DNA from: Acidimicrobiales bacterium
GTDB taxonomy: Bacteria; Actinomycetota; Acidimicrobiia; Acidimicrobiales; Bin134
Assembly (NCBI GenBank): GCA_965208505.1
Contig: OZ242339.1
Location: 1,819,162 to 1,883,161, forward strand
Reading direction: 5' to 3'
DNA: 64,000 nt
This document shows positions 34,345 through 43,543 of this stretch, piece by piece (the first letter of the stretch is position 1; each line of letters opens with the position of its first letter). Position numbers and translations under genes: made by a program. The notes beneath the pieces were generated by a model. The model was not told the DNA's origin. It made no database searches and saw nothing but the letters and a program-made list of their open reading frames with translations.

Positions 34345-35697
34345 TCAGAGCTGGGAGCGGGCCTCTCGCAAGCGGCGGAGGACTTCTTGGCGGGTGAGGT
34401 GCTGGACCATGGGCTCGAAGAGTGGGGGGCCTACTGAGCGGCCGGTTACGGCGACTCGGACGGGGGCTTGGGATTTGGAGCGGTTGACGCCGTGGGCCTC
34501 GCCGACGGCGAAGACGGCGTCTTTGACGGTTTCGGGGTCCCAGGGGCAGTCGGTGAGGGCGTCGATGGTGGCGTCGAGGATTTCGGGGGCGGCTTTGCCG
34601 CGCACCACTGCCTTGTCCCAAGATGCCTCGTCCATGAGTGGGTCGGGGCAAAACAGCCAGTCCACTTGGGGGATGATGCCGTCGAGGGTGCGGAGCTTCT
34701 CTTGGACCAGAGGGGCCATGGCGGCGGTCACTTCGGGGCGGTAGCGCTCGGGGGACCAGGGCACGTCCTCGCCGGTCAGGTGGGGTTCGAGGGCGGCTAG
34801 GAGCGCATCGGGTTCAAGCTCGCGGATGTAGACCCCGTTGAAGTGTTCCAGTTTGGCCAGGTCGAAAAAGGCCGGCGCCTTGTTCACGTCCTTCAGCCGA
34901 AACTGCTCGATGATCTCGGCCATGGGCCGGATCTCCACTCCGTCGCGCGGCCCCCAGCCTAAAAGGGCCAGGTAGTTGGCCATAGCCGAGGCCAGGAATC
35001 CCCGCTGGCGGTAGCTCTCCAGCGACACGTCGTCGCGGCGCTTCGACAGCTTCTTGCGCTGCTCGTTCACCAACAGGGGCAGGTGGGCGTAGATCGGCGG
35101 GGTGGCCCCCAGTGCTTCGGCCACCAATACCGCCCGGGGGGTACTCGACAGAAGGTCCTCGCCCCGGATGGCGTGAGTGATGGCCATGTCGGCATCGTCC
35201 ACCGCGTTGGCCAGCACGAAGGTGGGCGAGCCGTCGGAGCGCCAGATCACGAAATCCCCCAACTGGGCGTGGTCCACCGCTACCTCGCCCCGGATCACGT
35301 CGTCGATCACCGTGGTGCCCTCTGGGGTCCGGAAGCGCACCGCCCGGCCCTTGGCCATCTCGGTGCCGGGAAGCTCGTTATCCTCGGCGTCGCACAGATA
35401 GGCCCGGCCGTCATTCAGCATCTGCTGGACGGCTTCTCGATGACGGTCCCGGCGCTCCGACTGGTAGTAGGGGCCATCGTCGTAGTCGATACCCAGCCAC
35501 TCCAGATACTCGAATATGGCGTCGGTCAGCTCGGGGCGGTTGCGGCTCTCGTCGGTGTCCTCGATCCGCAGCACCATGGTCCCGCCAGTGGTGCGGGCGA
35601 ACAGCCAGTTGAACAGCGCCGTTCGGGCCGAGCCGACGTGGAGGTAGCCGGTGGGCGACGGCGCGAACCGCACCCGCGGCAGCTCAGCCGAGCTCAC
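34345..35697 (-). CDS. gltX: Glutamate--tRNA ligase
   Basis: RVRFAPSPTGYLHVGSARTALFNWLFAR (HIGH region) and a KLSKR motif. Confidence 0.95.
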   Translation of the reverse strand: MSSAELPRVRFAPSPTGYLHVGSARTALFNWLFARTTGGTMVLRIEDTDESRNRPELTDAIFEYLEWLGIDYDDGPYYQSERRDRHREAVQQMLNDGRAYLCDAEDNELPGTEMAKGRAVRFRTPEGTTVIDDVIRGEVAVDHAQLGDFVIWRSDGSPTFVLANAVDDADMAITHAIRGEDLLSSTPRAVLVAEALGATPPIYAHLPLLVNEQRKKLSKRRDDVSLESYRQRGFLASAMANYLALLGWGPRDGVEIRPMAEIIEQFRLKDVNKAPAFFDLAKLEHFNGVYIRELEPDALLAALEPHLTGEDVPWSPERYRPEVTAAMAPLVQEKLRTLDGIIPQVDWLFCPDPLMDEASWDKAVVRGKAAPEILDATIDALTDCPWDPETVKDAVFAVGEAHGVNRSKSQAPVRVAVTGRSVGPPLFEPMVQHLTRQEVLRRLREARSQL

Positions 35698-36242
35698 TGG
35701 TGGTTCAGCAGATCGGATCGGTCTGCGGCACAGGCAGCCTCGACCTCGCTGGGAGGCATCCGCAGAACCGACTCTGGCACTAGACCCACCAAGTGCCGGG
35801 TTTCGGCATAGTGGTGGGGATGGCTGACGCCGGCGAACAAACCCTTGCGCCAGGCCACCAGAGACTCATCGGGGGCGGGGGGCAAGAACCCGAACACCCG
35901 GAAGGCCACCTCCAGGTCGGCAGACACCGGCGCCCGCCCGAAGGTGGCCGCCCGCTTCAGTGCCACCCCTACGCAACCGGCGATGGCATCGGCGGCGTGC
36001 TCACCGGGGTCCAGCAGCAGTTCGCTCTCGAAGCGACGGGCCAGCCGGAGGGCGTAGCCCTGATCGGGTCCAGGCACACCCAGCCCGGCGCCCATGGGCT
36101 GTCCCCCGGTCAGCTCGCCCGGCCGGTCGGCCAGCCACGGCTGGGGCCGCCGGGGCGGCGAGACATAATGACGGTCGGCCACTGCGGTGTCATTGGGGAC
36201 ATAGTCAGGCGCGGCCATTGTCATCCCCCGAACGATTGACAT
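35694..36242 (-). CDS. Conserved hypothetical protein
   Basis: 182 aa, with a 4-nt overlap with the gltX start. No family recognised. The start is ambiguous (ATG 36242, 36224 or 36218) inside a duplicated 21-bp segment. Confidence 0.6.
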   Translation of the reverse strand: MSIVRGMTMAAPDYVPNDTAVADRHYVSPPRRPQPWLADRPGELTGGQPMGAGLGVPGPDQGYALRLARRFESELLLDPGEHAADAIAGCVGVALKRAATFGRAPVSADLEVAFRVFGFLPPAPDESLVAWRKGLFAGVSHPHHYAETRHLVGLVPESVLRMPPSEVEAACAADRSDLLNHQ

Positions 36243-36305
36243 AGTCAGGCGCGGCCATCGCTACCCTCGGCTTTCTTTGTCGGCGCGGTCATTAGATGCA
36301 CTGGC

Positions 36306-37928
36306 TTAGCTGTGGAGCAGCCCGTACACCAGGCTGTCCACCAGTGCCTGCCAACTGGCTTCCACGATATTGGTGGACACACCGATGGTGGTCCAAACCC
36401 GATCGCCGTTGGTCGAGTCGATGATCACCCGGGTTACTGCCGCGGTCCCCGCCGCGGTGTCCAGCACCCGCACCTTGTAGTCGATGAGGGAGATCGACCG
36501 AAACGCCGGATAGCGATCGCCCATCGCTGTCATCAGCGCGGCGTGCAGCGCGTTGACCGGGCCGTTGCCCTCCCCGGTGGCCACCATGCGCTCCCCGCCT
36601 ACATGGAGCTTCACCGTGGCCTCGGTCTCCATTTCCACCGCCACCTCATTCCAGGCCCTGGCCCCCGTGCCCGAACGGTGCTCGGTGCCCACCTTGAACG
36701 ACTCCAGCTCGAAATACGGCTGCTTCCATCCCGACGCCCCCCGCATCAGCAGCTCTAAGGAGGCGTCGGCCACCTCAAAGTGGTATCCGGCGTGCTCCAG
36801 CTTCTTGAGGGTGTCCACGATCTCGCCGATTGCCTTGCCGTCTAGGTTGAGACCCAGTTCCTCGGCCTTGAGCTCCACCGTCGAGCGCCCGGCCATCTCC
36901 GACACCACGAACCGGGTGCCGTTGCCCACCGCGGCGGGGTTGATGTGCTCGTAGGCGTCGGGGCGGCGAGCAATGGCACTGGTGTGAAGACCGGCTTTGT
37001 GGGCGAAAGCCGACGATCCCACATAGGCCTGCTGGGGGTCAGGGGTGAAGTTCACCAACTCGGCAACGTGGTGCGACACCGCGGTGAGGCGCTCCAGGCG
37101 ATCAGGGGGAACGGTCTCCACGCCCATCTTCAGGCTGAGGTTGGCGATGATGGGAACAAGGTTGCAGTTGCCAGTCCGCTCGCCATATCCGTTGATGGTG
37201 CCCTGCACTTGAATGGCTCCGGCTCTTACTCCGGCCAAAGCGTTGGCCACTCCGCACCCGGTGTCGTCGTGGAGGTGGACTCCCACCGGGGTGTCAAGGT
37301 AGTCGACTACTGCGCCCACGATGTCCTCCACCCGAGTAGGCAGCGAGCCCCCGTTGGTGTCGCACAGCACCAGCCGTTCAGCTCCCGCTATCGCGGCCGC
37401 TTCCAGCACCGCCAGACTGTATTCCCTGTTGTCCTGATAGCCGTCGAAGAAGTGCTCGGCGTCGAAGAACACCCGCATGCCGTTGTCTGTCAAGAATCGC
37501 ACCGAGTCGGCCACCATGGCCACACCCTCTTCGAGGGTGGTCCGCAACGCATCGAGCACGTGGTAGTCCCAGCACTTGCCCACGATGCAGGCCACATCAG
37601 TGCCAGAGGCCACCAAATTGGCCAGCGTGAGGTCTTCGTCGGTCCGCCCCTTGACCCGTCGGGTGGAGCCGAAGGCCACCAGGGTGCTGGTCTCCAAGGC
37701 CAGCTCGTCTCGGGCCCGGGCGAAGAACTCGTCGTCTTTGGGGTTGGAACCGGGCCAGCCGCCCTCGATGTAGTGGACGCCGAGGAAGTCGAGCTGGCGG
37801 GCGATGCGTAGCTTGTCCTCCACCGTGAGGGAGATTCCCTCAAGCTGGCTTCCGTCGCGAAGGGTGGTGTCGTAGATCTCTACCGACTCGGGAAGTGACC
37901 GGGAACCGGCCGCCTCAACGGTCGACAT
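36306..37928 (-). CDS. cimA: (R)-citramalate synthase
   Basis: 540 aa. IYDTTLRDGSQLEGISLTVEDKLRIARQLDFLGVHYIEGGWPGSNPKD plus a LeuA-dimer-type C-terminal domain. The CimA-versus-LeuA call rests on the GGWPGSNPKD-type N-terminus and on a separate long-form leuA in the window. Confidence 0.8.
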   Translation of the reverse strand: MSTVEAAGSRSLPESVEIYDTTLRDGSQLEGISLTVEDKLRIARQLDFLGVHYIEGGWPGSNPKDDEFFARARDELALETSTLVAFGSTRRVKGRTDEDLTLANLVASGTDVACIVGKCWDYHVLDALRTTLEEGVAMVADSVRFLTDNGMRVFFDAEHFFDGYQDNREYSLAVLEAAAIAGAERLVLCDTNGGSLPTRVEDIVGAVVDYLDTPVGVHLHDDTGCGVANALAGVRAGAIQVQGTINGYGERTGNCNLVPIIANLSLKMGVETVPPDRLERLTAVSHHVAELVNFTPDPQQAYVGSSAFAHKAGLHTSAIARRPDAYEHINPAAVGNGTRFVVSEMAGRSTVELKAEELGLNLDGKAIGEIVDTLKKLEHAGYHFEVADASLELLMRGASGWKQPYFELESFKVGTEHRSGTGARAWNEVAVEMETEATVKLHVGGERMVATGEGNGPVNALHAALMTAMGDRYPAFRSISLIDYKVRVLDTAAGTAAVTRVIIDSTNGDRVWTTIGVSTNIVEASWQALVDSLVYGLLHS

Positions 37929-38835
37929 GCTCGTTCCAGTGTCGATATTGGGCCTGTCGGCCCCTCACCGCGTCTTGGAACACCTCTTGGATCTTGCGGG
38001 TAATCGGACCGGGGTCGCCGATCTCCCGGTCGTCCACCGACCGGATGGGCACCACCTCGGCCGCTGTGCCCGACAAGAAAGCCTCGTCGGCCAGATACAG
38101 GTCGCTGCGCAGCAAGTTGTCGGCCACATAGGGGATGCCCAGATCAGAGGCCATGGTGCGGATGGCGTCCTGGGTGATTCCCTCCAGGGCTCCCACCGAG
38201 GTGGGCGGGGTGATGATGGTGCCGTCGCGCACCACGAACAGGTTCTCGCCCGTACACTCGCTCACAAAGCCCTGGGGCGACAGCAAGATGGCCTCGTCAT
38301 ATCCGGCCTTCACCGCCTGCACCTTGGCCAGCTGGCTGTTGATGTAGTGCCCGCACCCCTTGGCCGCGGTGGGCATGGAGTTGGGGTCGTGGCGCTGCCA
38401 GGAGCTGACCATCAGCCGCACGCCGCTCCTGATCCCCTCATCGCCCAGATAGGCGCCCCACGGCCACACCGCGATGGCCACGTTCACCTCACACGGCAGC
38501 GGGTTCAACCCCATCTCGCCGTAGCCCAGGTAGGCCAGCGGGCGGATGTAGCCGCTCATCATGTTGTTCACCCTCACGGTCTCTTTGGTGGCGGCCACCA
38601 AATCCTCCACCGTGTAGGGAATGTCGATCTGGAGAATCTTGGCGCTGGCGAACAGCCGGCGGATGTGGGGGGTGAGTCGGAAAACGGCGGCACCCTCGTC
38701 GGTCTCATAGGCCCGAATGCCCTCGAAAACGCCGTTGCCGTAGTGAAGCGTGTGGGTGAGCACATGCACGGTGGCGTCCGCCCAGTCCACCAGCTCGCCA
38801 TCCATCCACACCTTCTCCGTGGTCTCGATTGGCAT
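37915..38835 (-). CDS. ilvE: Branched-chain amino acid aminotransferase
   Basis: 306 aa. VWMDGELVDWADATVHVLTHTLHYGNGVFEGIRAY is the class IV aminotransferase signature. Confidence 0.92.
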   Translation of the reverse strand: MPIETTEKVWMDGELVDWADATVHVLTHTLHYGNGVFEGIRAYETDEGAAVFRLTPHIRRLFASAKILQIDIPYTVEDLVAATKETVRVNNMMSGYIRPLAYLGYGEMGLNPLPCEVNVAIAVWPWGAYLGDEGIRSGVRLMVSSWQRHDPNSMPTAAKGCGHYINSQLAKVQAVKAGYDEAILLSPQGFVSECTGENLFVVRDGTIITPPTSVGALEGITQDAIRTMASDLGIPYVADNLLRSDLYLADEAFLSGTAAEVVPIRSVDDREIGDPGPITRKIQEVFQDAVRGRQAQYRHWNEHVDR

Positions 38836-38881
38836 CGTGCTCAGTTCCTCTCCGTGGCCGGCGCTTCGGTCATAGTGGGAC

Positions 38882-39862
38882 TCACACCCTCTCAGCGATG
38901 GCGTCGCCGATCTCGGTGGTCGTCCCGTATTGAGTTGTAGGGTCGGCGCAGGCGACCCGAATGCGGCCGGCAGCGTCGGATTCGCCCAGAAAATCGACCA
39001 TCATGGCGGCCGATAGAATCGCGGCCGTGGGGTTGGCCCGACCGGTGCCCACAATATCGGGTGCCGAGCCGTGAACCGGCTCAAACATCGACGGCCCGGT
39101 GCGATCGGGGTTCAGGTTGGCCGAGGCGGCCAGCCCTATGCCGCCGGAAACCGCCCCGCCCAGATCGGTGAGGATGTCGCCGAACAGGTTGTCGGTCACG
39201 ATCACGTCGTAGCTCTTGGGATCTTCAACGAAGTAGATGCAGGCCGCATCCACATGGTTGTAGGCGGTGGCCACGTCGAGATACTCCTCGGCCACCTCGT
39301 TGAACGTCCGCTCCCACAGATCGCCGGCGAAGGTCAACACGTTGGTCTTGTGGACCAGGGTGAGATGGCGCCCCGGGCGGCTGCGGGCCAACTCGAAGGC
39401 GTAGCGCACACAGCGCTCAACCCCGAAGCGGGTGTTGACCGACCCCTGGGTGGCCACCTCGTGCGAGGTGAAGCGGCGCAAGAACCCGCCTTCGCCCGCA
39501 TAAGTGCCCTCGGTGTTCTCTCGGATCACCTCGAATTCGAAGGCGCCGTCGGGATCCCGGAACGGACGGCGGTTCACGTACAGATCTAGCTCGAAACGCA
39601 TCCGCAGCAAGAGCCCCCGCTCGATGACGCCGGGGGGCACGTCGGGAGTCCCCACCGCTCCCACGTAGAGGGCGTCCAGTCCCCGCCACTCATCCATGAT
39701 CTCGTCGGTCAGCACAGTGCCGTCCCGCAGATAGCGAGCGCCTCCGAGGTCGTAAGCCACTGTGTCGAGCTCCACGCCGGCCGCGGTCAACACCTTCAGG
39801 CCCTCGGCGATGACCTCAGGGCCTATGCCATCGCCGCCAACAACTCCAATTACGTGGGCCAT
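38882..39862 (-). CDS. leuB: 3-isopropylmalate dehydrogenase
   Basis: 326 aa. GVVGGDGIGPEV and NLFGDILTDLGG motifs. Confidence 0.92.
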   Translation of the reverse strand: MAHVIGVVGGDGIGPEVIAEGLKVLTAAGVELDTVAYDLGGARYLRDGTVLTDEIMDEWRGLDALYVGAVGTPDVPPGVIERGLLLRMRFELDLYVNRRPFRDPDGAFEFEVIRENTEGTYAGEGGFLRRFTSHEVATQGSVNTRFGVERCVRYAFELARSRPGRHLTLVHKTNVLTFAGDLWERTFNEVAEEYLDVATAYNHVDAACIYFVEDPKSYDVIVTDNLFGDILTDLGGAVSGGIGLAASANLNPDRTGPSMFEPVHGSAPDIVGTGRANPTAAILSAAMMVDFLGESDAAGRIRVACADPTTQYGTTTEIGDAIAERV

Positions 39863-39918
39863 GGCCCATCAGAATACGAATACCGCCTCTCTGAAAGCGA
39901 ACACTAAAATGTTCAGCT

Positions 39919-40392
39919 ATGCCAGAAACCCATGATCTGTCTCAGGCGGCCCACGACCGCCTGAGTGCTGAGTTCGAACAACTCACCACGGTCGGACGGG
40001 TGGATATTGCCCGCAAGATCGAGGCAGCCCGAGAATTGGGCGATCTGAGCGAGAACGGCGACTACCACGCGGCCAAAGACGAGCAGGGCAAGATGGAGAC
40101 CCGCATCGCCCTGCTCGGCGCGCTGCTCAACAATTGCCGGATCGTGGAAGCCGGTGACGGCAACACGGTCACGGTGGGATCGGTAGTCACTGTGGCCCAC
40201 GACGGCGACCCCGACGACGTGGAGACCTACTTGGTTGGATCGATCGAAGAGCGCCATGACGGCCTCGACGTGATCTCGCCGGCCTCTCCGATGGGTTCGG
40301 CGATCATGGGGGCAAGGGTCGGAGAAACCCTGTCGTTCGAGAGTCCCGCCGGTGGGACTTCGACTGTCCAAATCGTGTCCCTTGACCGGTAG
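39919..40392 (+). CDS. greA: Transcription elongation factor GreA
   Basis: ARELGDLSENGDYHAAKDEQ coiled-coil tip motif and a C-terminal FKBP-like domain. Confidence 0.92.
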   Translation: MPETHDLSQAAHDRLSAEFEQLTTVGRVDIARKIEAARELGDLSENGDYHAAKDEQGKMETRIALLGALLNNCRIVEAGDGNTVTVGSVVTVAHDGDPDDVETYLVGSIEERHDGLDVISPASPMGSAIMGARVGETLSFESPAGGTSTVQIVSLDR

Positions 40393-41290
40393 CGGCGCGC
40401 CGGTTGGCCCCAGCCTGCCGCCGGGAGACTTCATCGAACTGCCCAGTCAGGGCGAACTGTTTGTAAGACGGTCTGAGGGGCCGCCGGGTTCGCCCACGGT
40501 GGTCCTTTTGCACGGCTGGACTGTGACGGCCGATTTGAACTGGTATTCGGCCTTCGAACCTCTGGCTCAGCGGGCGTCGGTGGTGGCATTTGACCATCGG
40601 GGCCATGGGCTGGGCCTTCCCACCCGCAGATTCACGTTTTCCGACTGCGCGTCCGACGTTCTGGCCGTAGCCGATGCCCTGGGCATCGACCGCTTCGTGT
40701 GCGTGGGTTATTCCATGGGCGGCGCCATCGCCCAAATGGCCGCTCAGCTTGCACCCGACCGGATCAGCGGGCTGGTTCTGGGCGCCACTTCCACCAACTT
40801 TCGGGGCCGGGGATTGCGGGCTATTCGCTTCGCACTGCTTCCCGTGGTCGCCGCCGCCTCCCGTCTGGCTCCCATAAAGCTTCGCTATTGGGGCTGGGAG
40901 CAGACCGTATTCAATGTCATCGGCACGAATATCGGAAGGTGGGCCCAAGCGGAGATTCTCAAGGGCGACCCGCAGGCGCTGCTCGACGCCGGCACCGAGC
41001 TGTTCAACTTCGACTCGTCGCCGTGGATCGCGGAGCTGCCCATGCCGATCGCCCAAGTCCGCACCCTCGGCGACCAGGTGGTTCCCGACGATCTCCAGCA
41101 GCAGCTGTCCGACGCCGTCGACGGCATTAGCGCCTACTCCTATCGGGGAGGCCATGCATCGGTGGTCACCGACTTCGACAGTTTCTGGGATTGCCTCACC
41201 AAGGCCTTGGACGCGGTGGGGGTGCCCAGAAGGGACCAGTCTGCGAGCAGTTCATCGTCTGACCCATCCACGTCTGAAGCCAGCCGATAG
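40352..41290 (+). CDS. Alpha/beta hydrolase
   Basis: VVLLHGW and nucleophile elbow GYSMGG. The start is uncertain (GTG 40352 or TTG 40382); both lie inside the greA 3' end. Confidence 0.75.
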   Translation: MGLRLSKSCPLTGSGAPVGPSLPPGDFIELPSQGELFVRRSEGPPGSPTVVLLHGWTVTADLNWYSAFEPLAQRASVVAFDHRGHGLGLPTRRFTFSDCASDVLAVADALGIDRFVCVGYSMGGAIAQMAAQLAPDRISGLVLGATSTNFRGRGLRAIRFALLPVVAAASRLAPIKLRYWGWEQTVFNVIGTNIGRWAQAEILKGDPQALLDAGTELFNFDSSPWIAELPMPIAQVRTLGDQVVPDDLQQQLSDAVDGISAYSYRGGHASVVTDFDSFWDCLTKALDAVGVPRRDQSASSSSSDPSTSEASR

Positions 41291-41325
41291 CCTCAGCCCT
41301 AACGCTTGAAACGCAAGAAATCGGA

Positions 41326-42732
41326 GTGCAAATGGGCCGAACCCTCAGCGAGAAGATCTGGGACCGCCGCGTCGTACACCAAGCCGACGGCGAGCCCGAC
41401 CTGCTGTATATCGACCTGCACCTCATCCACGAGGTCACCTCACCGCAGGCCTTCGACGGGCTCCGCATGAACGGGCGCGCGGTAAGGCGACCCGACCTCA
41501 CCGTGGCTACTGAGGATCACAACGTTCCCACCGACAACATCTCATGGCCCATCGCCGATCCCATCTCCCGCCAGCAGGTTGAGACGCTGCGGGCCAACTG
41601 CGAGGAGTTCGGCATCACCCTTTACCCGATGGGAAGCCCTGGCCAAGGCATCGTGCACGTGATCGGACCAGAGATGGGCCTCACCCAGCCGGGTATGACC
41701 ATTGTGTGCGGCGACAGCCATACCTCCACCCACGGGGCATTCGGAGCGCTGGCCTTCGGCATCGGCACCAGTGAGGTGGAGCACGTGCTGGCCACCCAAA
41801 CCCTCCCCCAGCAACGGCCCGGCACCATGTCGGTAACCGTGGACGGCACCCTGCCGGTGACCTGCACTTCCAAAGACGTGATCCTGGCCATCATCGGTCG
41901 CATCGGCACCGGCGGGGGTATCGGCTCGGTTATCGAGTACCGGGGATCGGTCATTCGGTCGCTGTCGATGGAGGGGCGCATGACGGTGTGCAACATGTCG
42001 ATTGAGGCCGGGGCCCGCGCGGGACTGATCGCCCCCGACGACACCACTTTCGAATACCTGGATGGGCGGCCCCACGCTCCGAGGGGGGCGGCTTGGGAGG
42101 CCGCTCTCGATGACTGGCGCAGCCTCTATAGCGATAGCGGCGCTGCTTTCGACAAAGAAGTGGTGATCGACGGGTCTGAGCTGGTGCCCCATGTGTCATG
42201 GGGCACCAACCCGGCCCAAGTCGCCCCTATCAACGGCACCGTGCCCCATCCCGACAGCTTCACCGAGACCAGCGGGCAAGAGTCAGCGGCCCGAGCGCTC
42301 GAATACATGGGCCTGAAGCCGGGAACCCCGCTGAAGGAGGTCCCGGTGGACACCGTATTCATCGGCTCCTGCACCAACAGCCGCATCGAAGACCTCAGGG
42401 TGGCCGCCGCGGTGGTGGAGGGTCGCCGAGCGCGCCCCGGCGTGCGCACCTTTGTGGTCCCCGGCTCTGGCGCGGTCAAGGCCCAAGCTGAGTCCGAGGG
42501 CCTTCACGAGGTGTTCAAAGCCGCCGGGTTCGACTGGCGTGAGCCGGGCTGCTCGATGTGTTTGGCCATGAACCCCGACAAGCTGTCCCCCGGCGAGCGC
42601 TGCGCCAGCACCTCAAACCGCAACTTCGAAGGCCGACAGGGCAAGGGCGGGCGCACCCACCTGGTATCGCCCGCGGTGGCCGCCGCCACCGCGGTAGCCG
42701 GCACTTTCGCCACTCCGGGAGACCTGTCATGA
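41326..42732 (+). CDS. leuC: 3-isopropylmalate dehydratase large subunit
   Basis: 468 aa. Aconitase-family Cys ligands (GSCTNSR and CSMCLAMN). Confidence 0.95.
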   Translation: MQMGRTLSEKIWDRRVVHQADGEPDLLYIDLHLIHEVTSPQAFDGLRMNGRAVRRPDLTVATEDHNVPTDNISWPIADPISRQQVETLRANCEEFGITLYPMGSPGQGIVHVIGPEMGLTQPGMTIVCGDSHTSTHGAFGALAFGIGTSEVEHVLATQTLPQQRPGTMSVTVDGTLPVTCTSKDVILAIIGRIGTGGGIGSVIEYRGSVIRSLSMEGRMTVCNMSIEAGARAGLIAPDDTTFEYLDGRPHAPRGAAWEAALDDWRSLYSDSGAAFDKEVVIDGSELVPHVSWGTNPAQVAPINGTVPHPDSFTETSGQESAARALEYMGLKPGTPLKEVPVDTVFIGSCTNSRIEDLRVAAAVVEGRRARPGVRTFVVPGSGAVKAQAESEGLHEVFKAAGFDWREPGCSMCLAMNPDKLSPGERCASTSNRNFEGRQGKGGRTHLVSPAVAAATAVAGTFATPGDLS

Positions 42733-43322
42733 AGCCGGTTCGGACCATCACCGCCACGTCGCTGCCGCTGGACCGCAGCGACGTGGACACTGATCAGATC
42801 ATCCCCAGCGACTGGCTCAAGCGGGTGGAGCGCACCGGCTTCGAGCAGGGCCTGTTCTCTGAGTGGCGAGAAGACCCCGATTTCGTGCTCAACGATCCCC
42901 GTTTTGCTGAAGCCCGCATCCTGGTGGCCGGCCCCAACTTCGGCACCGGCTCCTCCCGAGAGCACGCGGTGTGGGCCATTCAACAGTACGGCTTCGACGC
43001 GGTCATCTCCCCCCGCTTCGGCGACATCTTCCGCAACAACGCCACCAAGAACGGCCTGGTCCCAGTGCAGGTGAGCGAAGAAGTGGCCCGCACCCTGCTC
43101 GACTTTGTGTCGGCTCACCCCCCCATCAAGATCATCATCGATGTCGAAGAACTCACCATGGTATGCCCTGTCGCCGGCGTTAAAACCGACTTCCCCCTCG
43201 ACCCCGCCGTTCAGCACCGCCTGCTCAAGGGCCTCGACGACATCGGCCTCTCCCTGGCCCACACCGATGCCATCGCCGCTTTCGAGGCCACTCGCCCCGA
43301 TTGGCTGCCGTCTCTGTCGTAG
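42729..43322 (+). CDS. leuD: 3-isopropylmalate dehydratase small subunit
   Basis: ATG 42729 overlaps the leuC stop (ATGA). [26 protein letters not shown] and [13 protein letters not shown] motifs. Confidence 0.93.
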   Translation: MKPVRTITATSLPLDRSDVDTDQIIPSDWLKRVERTGFEQGLFSEWREDPDFVLNDPRFAEARILVAGPNFGTGSSREHAVWAIQQYGFDAVISPRFGDIFRNNATKNGLVPVQVSEEVARTLLDFVSAHPPIKIIIDVEELTMVCPVAGVKTDFPLDPAVQHRLLKGLDDIGLSLAHTDAIAAFEATRPDWLPSLS

Positions 43323-43419
43323 CGTCCTACCGGACGGCTCGGATTTCGTTGTCCTGTTTGGAGGACTGGTCCACGTCTCCGAGTGGTCAGGACCGAACCT
43401 ATCGCTAGCCACAGAGTGT

Positions 43420-43449
43420 TTCAACCATGTTGTGTTCAACCATGTTGTG
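43420..43449. repeat. Perfect 15-bp tandem duplication (ttcaaccatgttgtg x2), intergenic
   Basis: Read directly: 43420-43434 equals 43435-43449. Confidence 0.9.
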
Positions 43450-43543
43450 TCGGAGGGGACGGCCACCGCCTGAGTAGGGTGCCCAGCATGGATTTTTCCG
43501 CAAGTTGGGAACCAAGCGGCGCTGGGGCGTCGTCTTAGCGGAC

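Noticed and set aside
34205-34651. 148-aa minus-strand ORF overlapping tRNA-Gln and the gltX 3' end
   Set aside because: Pro/Arg-rich off-frame product that runs through a tRNA gene.
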